Shown here: positions 31,801 through 42,518 of the stretch, piece by piece
Layout of the letters: each line of letters opens with the position of its first letter
How positions within the stretch are numbered: position 1 is the first letter of the stretch
Assembly (NCBI GenBank): GCA_019828565.1
Contig: JAHDYR010000012.1
Location: 1,359,780-1,423,779 of the forward strand
Reading direction: 5' to 3'
Source of the DNA: Carpediemonas membranifera BICM
Taxonomy: Eukaryota; Protista; Fornicata
Length of the DNA stretch: 64,000 nt
Translations under genes and position numbers: made by a program
The notes under the pieces: generated by a model
The model's database searches: none
What the model saw: only the letters and a program-made list of their open reading frames with translations
What the model was told of the DNA's origin: nothing

Positions 31801-34800
31801 TTTCTGGCACTCGTCACATGAGGCGATGAACTCCTCGACATCTGTTGTGCAGCCTGTCCAGGTATAGCCGTCTGCTCTCAGGCGTTCGATGGTAGCCTTG
31901 GCGCCGTGGTGTCCTCTGTGGGCGATCTGTATCAGCTCCTTTCGGAGGGGTCTGCACACGGTTGAAGTAGGGATGACGACGAGGCCGTCCTTGCGGCGAA
32001 GACCGTCGCTGTCTACGGTCAGCTTGGAGACGGTAGAGTCGTCTGTCTGGTGTTTGATGAGTGTGTCATGGTAGCGGGAGTCAGTCGTGATGGCTGCGAC
32101 AGTGGGCGAGGTCGAGTGACCGCAGCGGCTCAGCGCGTCTGCGACTGCGTTCTGTAGGCCGGGAACGTGCTCGACATCGAACTTGTAGTCTGCTAATGTC
32201 AGTCTCCACCGGTTGATCTTGTCGTTCTCGGATGACTTGGCGATCATGTAAATAAGATTACGGTGGTCGGTCCGTAGGAGGAACCTCTTCAGGCGTAGGA
32301 GGGGTGACAGGGTCGGGTGTGTAAGGCAAAAGACAATGGCAAATAGCTCCTGCTCACACGTGGCCCAGCGCGACTGGGTTGACGTGAATGTGTGAGAGAA
32401 GTAGGCGAGGACCTGTGTCTTGTCGTCCTTTGTCTGCCATAGTACGCCGCCTGCTCCGATGTTGCTAGCGTCTGTCTCGAGCGTCCAGTCGGCGTCGGCG
32501 TCCGGATGTGCGATAAAGAGATCGTCAGTGAACAGGGTCTTCAGGCCGTCGAAAGCGGCGTCGTGCTCCGCTGTCCATTCCCACAGACGGTCCTTTTGCA
32601 GAAGATCGTTGAGAGGTCTCGTGTACTCGTGTCGTGTATGGGGAACGAATGATGCGAGGTACTGGAACTGTCCGAGGACTACGCGAAGCTCGTGGACGTT
32701 GGTGGGTGCAGGTAGATCGCGTAGGGCTTGGGTCCTGGCTGGGTCGACGTGTACTCCGGCCTGGTCGACCGTAAAGCCGACAATCTTGGCGCTGGTGGTG
32801 CCGAAGACTCCCTTCTTGGCGCTGAACTGAACGCCTGCAGCGTCCGCGCGTGTGAGCAGGTCGCGGAGAATGCGTAGGAAGGAGTCATCGTCACGGGCGT
32901 AGATGAATATGTCGTCGATGTAGGGGTTGGCGCCCTTGTACAACAGTGGGGCGAGCATGCCTTCGATCTCCCGCTGGAAGTGAGAAGGCGCGTTGCAAAG
33001 GCCGAACGGCATCCTGAGGAATTCCTCGTAGACGCCCGGGGCGGTGAAGGCCGTCTTAGGCACGTCGTCTGGGTGCATGGCCACCTGCCAGTAGCCCGAC
33101 GTCAGGTCTAGCGTCGCAAAGCGTGTGCAGCCCGACGCGAGGTTGAGGAGTTCTCGCATGTTGGGGATCGGGTGCCGGTCGGGTACTGTCCAAGAGTTGA
33201 GGCGGCCGTAGTCGATACAGAGACGGTAGGCGTCGCCCTTTGCGACCAGGACGATGGGGCTTGCGTAAGGCCCCTCAGAGGGCTGTGTGATCTCGTCCTG
33301 GCGCAGGCGCTCGACGTATGGCAACAGCCACTCCAGCTTCTTCGGGTGTAGGTTGCGCGGGCGAAGACGGATCGGAGGGGCGTTGTCGTAAAGCGGGATG
33401 CGCATAGGGGCAAACGAGCACGGCTGTTTGCTTATGACGGGGTCGAATAGGTGATCGAACCGACGGAGGATCGAATGTAGCTCGTCGGTCTGGGCCTTGG
33501 TGGAGAGCTCGTGTATCTCACACGCGTCGGTGTGAAACTCGCTTGAGGAGACGGCCTCGACGGGGGCGTCGAGGTACTTGTGGAGTGGGAGGCCATCGGT
33601 GGCGTCCTCCGGGCGTGAATCCGGAAGAAGTGGGATGTGGAGGCCACTCTCGGAGAGACAACCGAGCGCGCGAAGCACGTCGCATCCAATGAGCACACGT
33701 TCAGTGGCGCGCGTCATGATGTAGAGGATGAGATCGACGATGACGTTTCCAGATGTGCTGGGCAACGTGATCCGCGCTTGGACGTAGTGAGTGATGAGGA
33801 TGGGCTCATTGGTAACGGACTGAACAGTAAATGGCTTTTCAAGCTCATGTGTGACGAGTTGGAGCGTCTTAACGGAGGTTGTGGAGATGATCGTGATTGC
33901 GGAGCCGCTATCGATCAATATCACCTGTTCTTGGTCATTCACAGCTCCCTTAACTGAGAATGCAGTTGAAGCGGCAACTTCTTCGATAAAGGCATCATCA
34001 CAAGCATTGTGTGCGACTTCGACTTCGTGGACTCCTGGACGAGAGTTGATCAGCTTGGATCTGTCCCGGAGCACCATGTTCCCAGCGCGTCTCTCGTCGG
34101 GGCGAGGCTGTGGCTGCTGGGATGACTGTTGCTGCTGCTTCTGAGCAGCTGGTGCCGGCTGTGGCTGAGCCGGTTTGTTGGCCGCTTGGGGCTGGCGTTG
34201 CGGCTGAGGTGCCGGTCTGGCGTCGCGGGCCGCGGCGGGGTGGCCTTTGGTAGCCTGGGGCTGTCCGGGCGTGCTGCCGCGGTGCGGGCAATCAGCCTTC
34301 CAGTGCATGCCTCCACAGGAGCACGCGTATGGAGGAGGGCGCCGGCGCTCGCGGCGGGATCTGGTGTTGGCGTTCTGGCTATGTTTCGGGCCAGTGCTGG
34401 AGCTCGTGATGGAGCTCGTGCTGGAGGATGTGATGGATATGTCTTGAATCACGCTTCCGAGGACTTCACGGGCGTCAATGGCGTGCAGTATGAGCTCGCG
34501 CGTGTGCACAAATAAGCTATCGATGTCCCGGGCGCCAGAGAGGTCCCACTTTTGCTGAATACGGTTGGCAAGTGAGACCGGGCGAAGGGCGGCGATAAAA
34601 GCTTTGGCGATGATCTTATCGAGTCCGCGGGTGGGGCTGGCTTTTCTCGGGGTGTCCTGCTCACTCGGCGTGCTGTCTGGCTTCTGGGTGATGACCTTGC
34701 TGAGGGCGGCCTCGTCTTCATCCACCTCGGCGGGCTCGGGCTCTGGCTTGGCGCCGAGCTCGGCGTTGAGAAGGGCATGGGCGTGGGAGCGCAGCTCCTC

Positions 34801-35204
34801 GGTCTCAGCCATGAGACGAGATACGGCCTCGATCGTGGACTTGGTTCGGTCCTGCGTGAGGGCCCGGATTTCTTGGATGGTTTTCTCAAGGGTTCTCGGG
34901 AAAGAAAGAGCGGTGATTTCGGCGAGAAGTTCTGCGTCGTTGAGTGCTTCGACGTCGACGTTGCGGACAAATCGGACATGACTGACTTGATCCTCGGTGA
35001 GGCACTCGTAAGCCGTTATGACGGTTGTGGTAGGAGCATGCTTCTGCGCGAACGTGAGGGCGCGTTTGAACGCGCGAACGGACTCTCTAGAGAAGTCCGA
35101 TAGTGATGGCGGAATCCAATTATTCATTTCGGAAAGTGATCACTGTGCCGGGGCGAAGAGATTGGAACATTTACATAAACTGCGGACGTGGATGCCTTAT
35201 GACA

Positions 35205-35856
35205 ATGAGCTGTTTTGCAGGAATTGCACTCTGTTGGTGGGACGGTTCGATAGGCCGACACGTGCCTCTCGTGGCCGGGTCGAGGGCAGGGGTTGGCCGG
35301 TTTCTCCTTGGCAGGCATTCTGCCTTCGGCGTGAGGCGTCATCAGGTGCCGGGGCCTGCTCTTCTTCTTGGCGGAAGTCTTGCCGGAGACTGTGTGGGTG
35401 AAAGAAGCCGGAGCGGTAGACTGCCGCGGTGGTCGCAGCGGAGACCGTTGTGATCCCCAGGTCAGCCAGTTGCTTGAACCTGCTCTCGACTGCGGCGGAG
35501 AGTTTTGCAAGGCACGGACGGGGCGACTCGACATGGATGTCGAAGCCGTCGGTGTTGATGCTGAATAGCTTGGTGTGAAGTGAGGCGTCGCCCGACCTAC
35601 GGATGTCTAAGCGGGTCCTTTGTAAGATCAATGACCGGAGGTTGACGAGGGCGTCCGCTTGGGTGATGTCGAGAAGCTCCAAGTCTGCCATGAGGGTGTA
35701 GGTGTCTGTGAGGTAAGTGCCGAAGCTCTCTCTCGTCAATGCACCCGCTCTCAGAATGAGCCTTTCATGGCACCTGCGTCTCCATCACACGTCATGCAAC
35801 CAACTCAACGCACAGATAATCGCTAGGCACAACATGGTGGTTGATGAGAGCGTCAA
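35205..35856 (-). pseudogene. Degenerate gag-like fragment of an older element into which A inserted (continues at 21500 downward)
   Basis: Coding-like - strand sequence on both sides of A's ATGA TSD; family not recognised. Confidence 0.35.
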
Positions 35857-35947
35857 TGTGGTCTCTTCTAGGGACCCGAAGGATTAACAAGGATCGGAAG
35901 GCTTTATCTGAACATAAACTGCACCGACTCTGTGATAAGTCACCACA
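35857..35947. mobile_element. Solo LTR (91 bp) with TSD TCAA
   Basis: TGTGG..CCACA termini with TCAA on both flanks. Starts like LTR B (TGTGGTCTCTTCTAGG vs TGTAGCTCTTCTAGG) and shares CATAAACTGC with LTR A. Confidence 0.85.
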
Positions 35948-36539
35948 TCAATGAAATGGCGCACGTCGGATTGGAGAACCTACTCGTAGAATACACTCAG
36001 AACCAAGCGCACGAAGCGACGGGGGACGACGGGGCAGTGTTGGACCGGTGGGACCGGTTACGTAACACTGAATGTACATGTAAAAATTTTTAGATTTCAA
36101 CGAAGGTATGGGCTTGTTGGACCAGCTTCTGAATGAGACTGTCGTTGGTGTCGACGGGATGGGAATCAGTCGGTTCCTCTCTTATGGGCAACAGCTGGAG
36201 GGCGGCTTTGAGGCTTGCCACGTCTTCCAGTATTTCCCGGCTCGCCGCCCGTCTGTGGAGCCTGGGCCTCCATATCAGTGCTCGAATCGGGGTCACTACC
36301 CGCTGAATGATTGACCGCGACGACGGCGGTGTCGGGGTGAGGTGTCGCCAGGGCCGGGGTAACTTGCCGCTCTGGCTGGACAGACTTAGGCTGCGGTGCG
36401 GTAGGACGGAACTATCTGCCTGCACACACACCACCCTTGTGATGTCTTCGCTACGCTCAGGCTCACGAAGCTCGGCTGCGCCTCGCCGCTCGCAATACTG
36501 TTCGTCGTTTAATAAACACATGCTCCCTCCCGTTTTGTA

Positions 36540-37320
36540 TCGACTGGGTTTACTCATCTCAACCTCGGGCATCAACATAAGGTCGGCCGAGGGGATCCAT
36601 CAGGGGGACCCGCTATCACCAATTCTTTTCAGCCTGGGTGTTAAGCCCATCCTGGACGTCTTGAGTGAGGCATTACCTGGGTGGACCATCCGCGCGTACC
36701 AGGATGACATTGTCGCGACCACACCACGCGCACTTCAGACTCCCGGTGTCGGCCGCGAGGCCAGCAAGCTCACAGAGCTTGTCGCACATAAGTTCAGTGA
36801 GTTTGGTCTCAACCTCAACTGTGCCAAATGCGTGCTTGCCCACAAGGACGTCGTTGACGGCAACACGACCGGTGGAGTACCGCGGAGACGTGACACAAAA
36901 CTGGTCGGTGTTCCCATCGACTCCGACACACACATCATGCGGGAGCTAGGCTCCGTTAACCGCAAGGTTATGGTGCTACTTGACGCTGCTGCAACGATGG
37001 TCTCTAACATTGGCGCGGAAGCCGTCACCCCGGCCCTCCTCATAGCGAAACTGTGTGCCCTCACCAAGTGGGAGACACTTCTTCCGAAACGTTTCGCCGG
37101 GCGTGGGGGACATGTTCGAGTCGCAGCTGGAATTCGAACAGCAGGAAGGTGTTGCCCACCATCCTGAAGCTGCTTCAGTCCAGTGTCGAGGTCGACAAGG
37201 ACTTTGCCGCAAGGCTCAGTCTGTCTGTCCTCCAAGGTGGGCTCGGCCTGGCTAAGCCCTCCGTCGTGTGGGCCCCAGCCTACCTGGGGCCCACGCCCGG
37301 CAACTCATCGTGTTGAAGGT
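36540..37320 (+). pseudogene. Non-LTR retrotransposon RT fragment, related to the element at 58993-60971
   Basis: GIHQGDPLSPILFSL, AYQDD, GLNLNCAKC, then LSVLQGGLGL after a frameshift. Confidence 0.85.
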
Positions 37321-38499
37321 CGAGAGACCCGAAACACTGTAGGTGTGCACGGAACCTGCCTGCCCGTGTGAACCAGCTCCTCTTCCTCGCTCCTGAGGGC
37401 ATGTCATCCTCGTCGGGCTCGTCATCGGGAATCATCTTGATGGCGCGGGCGAGGCGTTACAGCCGGGAAGACGACAGGCAGGGGAGAGGGCGGGGTCGTT
37501 GCTGACTCTCTCTCGGCTGAAATTGGCGAAGGCGACAAGATACACTCCTTGTCCTTTGCACCCTTCTCCTTCTTATCCTTCTTCCCTGATCTTTCTTGTA
37601 AGGCTTGTCGGTCTGTCTGTCAGAGTTGGTCTTCTTCTCGCCCGACGTCTCGCGGGTACTCAGCCCGGCGGATGGCCTCGAATGATACGATCGAATCCGG
37701 AATACTGTGCAGACGCTCCGAGTCGTTCAGGCCAAGGCACTCGAGGCCGAATGCCTTGGTGGATGCGGACCAAGTCGTCGTGTGCCAACGCATAACGGCC
37801 AAGACGGTTACGCTCAGTCTCAGCCGTCTCGACCTCTTCTAGCTGCTGTACAAACCACTTGATGCCTGCCTGGATGAGGCCGAGATCCTCGTACAGTGTG
37901 GACATCGCCGACATTCTGGCTGACCCTGCGAGAACCCCGCCTTCGAGAGCGGCGTTCAGGCCTCGATTTGAACGAACTGCGCAGCCCCGCGGCGTGCGGT
38001 CCGCTTGACTGACTCACCCACAGAGACTGGTCGACAGCTTGACCACCGATGCTTGGTCGACCTACTCAGATCAGCAATCGGCCATCCGGAGCGTTTCATC
38101 TGACCTCACCCCCGAAAGGCAGGAGCAGCTTGCCGACATCGTAAGAAAGATTCTTGCACTCCCCTGCGTCAAGGCCACACTCACCCGGGGTGGCTCGCCG
38201 AGGAGGAGACAGAAAGTGCAGTCATTGACAGGTCGGTGCAACAAGAGCCGCCCTGATAGACGAGAGGTGAGGCCTCAGGGCCAGTGCCTGCCCGTGTCCA
38301 TTGACCCGGGCAGGCTGCGGATGCAGTTTGAGTTTGAGTTTATTAGATTTTTCCGGTGCCAGGTAGCCACAGCGTGGCGTCCCACTTAGACCGGCCACAT
38401 CCCGAGACATGACTGGGGTTGATCATGCCCCTGGGGAGGATCTCGGTTCTCTTGACAAATGTCGCAGTGGCCTCTGAACGGCTCTACACAGCCACTATC

Positions 38500-40069
38500 T
38501 GTTGCCTTGGTAAGGTTACGAAGGATAAAGAACGGAAGCAGTTTAATGGATCAATCAAATGATGTGGGGCCACAACATCCCGCTTCTCCCACGATCGGGC
38601 GTAGCCCGTGGGCATCAATGTAATCCTCGGCAGGAATGCTGCCCCATAGATCCTCGTCATAGCATTGCCAGGTGTCCTCATCGGGCTCGTAGCCGCGCCA
38701 GCGGATTCGGAATTCGAGAACATCCGGATCGGAGGCGAGGGGACGGTGCTCGACGATGGATTCGACAACATAGAGGTCATCGGCGTCCATGGAGGCGATC
38801 ATGGCCAGCTCAGTGTCATCGGCGGTGGTGGCGAATTGACGCAGGCGCCTTAAGTGGACGGTAACGGGACTCTGCTCGTCAACGATGCTGACGATCGTAT
38901 ACATGTTGTTGGCGTGACATTGGGACACCTTGAACGGTCCGCGATAGTTTGGAGCGAGCTTGTTGAGCGGGCCCTTAGGCGGACAAAGGAGCACGAGCTC
39001 TCCAGGGGTGAGCTTGAGTGTCGGCACCTGTTGGTAGGCCAACTCATCGCTCTGGCACTTGTTGGCGGCCTCCCTGATCTGCTTCAGCCTGGACCTCAGG
39101 TCGTTGACGTAGTCGTCCGAGGCGTCGCCAGGCCATTCGTCCTCGTCGAGCAGGCGTGGAAGAAGACTGACCCGAGGCTTGAGGTGATCGCCGTAGAGGA
39201 GAGAGTAGGGTGAGCAGCCGATCGAACGGTGATAGGCGGTGTTGATCAGGAACTGGACTAGGGGGAGCACGCGAGGCCAGTCCTCCCTCTCACCAAGAGT
39301 GGCCATGAGGGTGCGAAGATGCGACTTGACCTTACCGTTGGCTCTCTCGACTATGCCGTTCTGGTTCGGGGTATACGGGGCTATAGTCGTGTGGGTGATC
39401 TTCAGAGCGTGGCAGAGACTATCGATCACCTCGTTGACGTACTGGGACCCGTTGTCCGAGTGGATGAGGTAAGGGAGACCGTGGCGGGAGTAGACACTCG
39501 ACACGAGGGCGTCCGCGGCCTCAATGGCGGTGGTGGAGGAGCAAGGGACGAGCTCCGTCCATCTCGTGAAGTTGTCGACGATGACAATCACGTGTCGGGT
39601 CTCGCTGGCAGAGGGTAGGGGCCCTATGCTGTCGATCGAGACTGAGTGGAAAGGCGTATCGGCGTACAGGTGGCCGAGGTTGTGTGAAACCTTGAGCTTG
39701 AGGCGGTACTTGAGGCAGACCGGGCAGCCCTGCACGAACTTGCGGACGTCGCCCTTCATACCAGACCAGCTGTGTCCGGCGTCGGTGAGCTTGCGGGTTG
39801 TGGCCTCGACCCCGAAGTGACCGCTGAGGGAGTTCCCATGCACTGAGGCGATGAGCTCCTCGTGAGACTGGCCCTGAGCAGGGGCGGCAGCCAGGCACAA
39901 GTCAGCCTGCATGGCGCGTGACAGACCGTCGGCGATGCCATTCGCCGGGCCGGGGATGTACTCAACCTCGAACATGAACTCGGAAAGTCTGTGCTTCCAG
40001 CGTTCGACCTTGGCAGAAGAGGACTCGACAAGGAAAGTCAAGTTTTTGTGGTATTCATTGACCACAACA
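38500..40069 (-). mobile_element. Deleted chromodomain Gypsy element G: 78-bp 3' LTR (38500-38577), integrase plus chromodomain, only the tip of the 5' LTR; TSD CTATC
   Basis: GHFG..CPVC, DSIGP, SDNG, VERANG, GPF, chromodomain; PPT GGGAGAAGCGGGA. CCACAACA recurs at 40062-40069 followed by CTATC, matching 38495-38499. Confidence 0.85.
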
Positions 40070-40722
40070 CTATCTGATGACGTGCCACGCGCAGAGGGCA
40101 GAAAACCCCAGTGGGGGGAAAAGAGAAAGACCGCGAGCAGCTTGCGGTGCCGAGACATGCGTGTCGTGGTGTCATACCAGTGCAGTGAACTGTGTAAGCG
40201 GGGGTTCGAGGTACTGCGTCGCGGGTCGTCCTAGGACCGCAGCAAGACCTGCTCGTGATCAAAAAGGGAGGAACAGGGCCTGGGAGGCGGTGGCACATCT
40301 GTGTAACCGAAAGGAGGACAAACCTCATGCTTCTAAACAGGTAGAGATCCATTCAACAAGTTGGTCGTTGAAGAATCAAACTGTTTATTGTCAGATTTGA
40401 CCATTTACTATGCCGTGAGGTATAGTAAATGGCCTGACGTATTTAACCATTGGTAAATACCATGGAATATTTCATGTCCCATGTCATCGTCGTAGCGCTG
40501 GGCAAAGCGGACAGGGTCCTTAAAGAGGAGGTAAATGTCGAGCTGGAGATTGGGGCAGGCGGCCGATCTTTTTTACATAAACTGCACTCAGTCGGGGTGG
40601 TCAACACAGCGAGTCTGCTACCTGCAAGGCACGAGGCACTTGCGATCTTGCCTGGGTCACTGGGGCAAAGTCCACTTGTCGCTGTGCGTATTATACAAAG
40701 CCAGCATTGACGACAACCGAGA

Positions 40723-42183
40723 ATGGAAGAAAGGGTTCGTGACCTTCTTGCCTCAGAGAAATACGCTGAAGCGGGTGCTCTGTTCCTCAATGATGCAAAT
40801 AGTGCGCACGAGCTCGTCCTCAACGAACAGTTTGACCTTTGTGGCTTCATATCAAGTGTTCTGAGCCTCATTGACTACGAAGAACTTGGTGCTACCATAT
40901 CTACTGATATTATTAGGTTCGTCACGGCTCCTGAGCGCGTGGCCCTTCTTATAGGCCGCGTTCAGTGTGCCTTGCTTCTTGCCGAGTTGATTCACACCAA
41001 GGACGCTCCCGGGTCCATAATCGTCCAGTATTTCGGCATGCTCTTGCTCCATAGCATCCTCTCAAACGATGAGATTGCTGCTTCTGAGTCATGGCTCCGG
41101 AATGAAACTGTCCATCTCGTATTCCAGCTGGCGGTCGGGCCGGAGCTCACCAAGACGTCTGTTCTTGCCCACAAATGTGCAGGGATACTCCTATCTACGC
41201 GCCATGAGACACAGACCCGCACAACTGTCCTGTTTATTGTCGAGAGACTGCTGCAGAAGGGTGGCAACGTTGTCCAGCTTGGCGACATTGTGTCATATGC
41301 CACTGAGCCTTCTCCCGCCGCTACACGCATTGGGGACTTCCTTTCGACTGCTATTATCGACCCCACTGGCGATGTCCTGGTCGACACCGTTCTGAGAGAG
41401 ACAGTTGGCCAGCTGATCGCGACACGGGTCATTCCCTCGAAACACGAAGATACGATCATCCTGACGTCTATAGAAGCACTCAAAGCGGGTGACGGCCGCT
41501 ATCTATCTCTGCTCTGTTCAGCCACGGCCTCGATCCCGTGGCTTGAAGCCCATGCCGAGGAGCTTGACTCGATGGCCGCCCAACTTCTTGCCGTGTTGGC
41601 GGACAACAGCACGCCCGAGCGGGAGAGCCATCATGGCCGCGTCGTAGAGGCTCTGTGCGACCTCCTCGTCTGTGCCGGTAAGGACACCCGCGCCGCCATT
41701 CTCCCTGCCGTCCTCACGTGGGGCTCAGGCGGCGAGAGGAGGCAGCTGGTACTCCATGCGCTGGCCACAAGCCTCATGAGGGCGCCGACAGGGGAGCTGG
41801 GGCATTCTGTGTATTCTCGTCTTCAGCACCTTGCTGGCATGGAACAAATGCATTCTTCCGAGATCTTGCACGGCTTGGTCGCCTCGTCGGCCCCGGGGGA
41901 CGGGAGGCTTGTTGGCTACTTCTTCCTCGTCTCCCTTGCCATGTGCGACGTTCGTATGCTCATTCACATCAACAATTTGATCGATCATTTGATTAGTCGG
42001 TCTAGTGAGCCCGACGACTCCTGTCTGCAGGCCAAGTATGAAGTCGTGAGAGCAGTGGACGACGGCATCAGGCGGCAGGGCATTAGACACGAGAAGGCGG
42101 CCGACATCTCCGCCTACAGACGTACTGGGCCGTATGCACCTGCTCCTGTCGCTATTCCACAGTGCAAGACTGTCAGTCAGTAG
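40723..42183 (+). CDS. PSMD5: 26S proteasome assembly chaperone PSMD5/S5b (Hsm3)-like ARM-repeat protein
   Basis: Leu-rich helical repeats. The C-terminus IDHLISRSSEPDDSCLQAKYEVVRAV..AYRRTGPY resembles the PSMD5 signature R..E.D....AKYE.V..L..Y...GPY. Confidence 0.7.
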   Translation: MEERVRDLLASEKYAEAGALFLNDANSAHELVLNEQFDLCGFISSVLSLIDYEELGATISTDIIRFVTAPERVALLIGRVQCALLLAELIHTKDAPGSIIVQYFGMLLLHSILSNDEIAASESWLRNETVHLVFQLAVGPELTKTSVLAHKCAGILLSTRHETQTRTTVLFIVERLLQKGGNVVQLGDIVSYATEPSPAATRIGDFLSTAIIDPTGDVLVDTVLRETVGQLIATRVIPSKHEDTIILTSIEALKAGDGRYLSLLCSATASIPWLEAHAEELDSMAAQLLAVLADNSTPERESHHGRVVEALCDLLVCAGKDTRAAILPAVLTWGSGGERRQLVLHALATSLMRAPTGELGHSVYSRLQHLAGMEQMHSSEILHGLVASSAPGDGRLVGYFFLVSLAMCDVRMLIHINNLIDHLISRSSEPDDSCLQAKYEVVRAVDDGIRRQGIRHEKAADISAYRRTGPYAPAPVAIPQCKTVSQ

Positions 42184-42306
42184 GCGGTGTTCATAAATAT
42201 CTGGCGGATGAGGTTGAGGTGGGTGTGAGCTGCAGGTTGACCCCAGAGACATTGGGCAGGTAACGAAATTGAGCCCTTGCCAAATATAGCCCTTGTACAC
42301 GTGCTC

Positions 42307-42518
42307 GATGTCGGTTACAGCGTCCAGCTGATCGGCCCCGAAGCCGACCATGGGGTTGGGCGCCCCCGACTGACGGGTGGTGGCGGCGAACCATGCATTG
42401 CGTAGCACGGTCGTGGCCTCCCTGAGGCCCGGGTTGGCGGGGGCAAGGGCCTCGATCCTGCCGATCCACGTCTCAAGATCCTTCGATTGGACGCTCGTTT
42501 CGATCGAGTCGGCCCAGG
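42307..42518 (-). repeat. ~212-bp inverted near-identical copy of 43586-43797
   Basis: The same peptide WADSI..SVQSKDLETWIGRIEAL..DQLDAVTDI is encoded on opposite strands, with few mismatches. Confidence 0.92.

Larger units (their letters stand above)
21501..35204 (-). mobile_element. Chromodomain Gypsy element A, 61-bp LTRs (21501-21561, 35144-35204), TSD ATGA; interrupted by B and C
   Basis: Identical TG..CA LTRs; PPT AAGGGGGGTAGGA. The gag-pol ORF from 35127 has a CCHC-like knuckle, IDSGS protease, YIDD, RNase H and HHCC. It resumes at 22439 (GTP|LFIKSDNGPEF), has a frameshift at ~22345, and ends in a chromodomain at 21554. Confidence 0.93.

Noticed and set aside
21190-36067. Outer element with TGTTAC..GTAACA termini enclosing A
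   Set aside because: The flanks (GCGT vs CTGA) do not form a TSD and no paired LTR is visible.
37330-38480. Possible gag or ORF1 remnant on the - strand
   Set aside because: Fragmented frames with no diagnostic motif.
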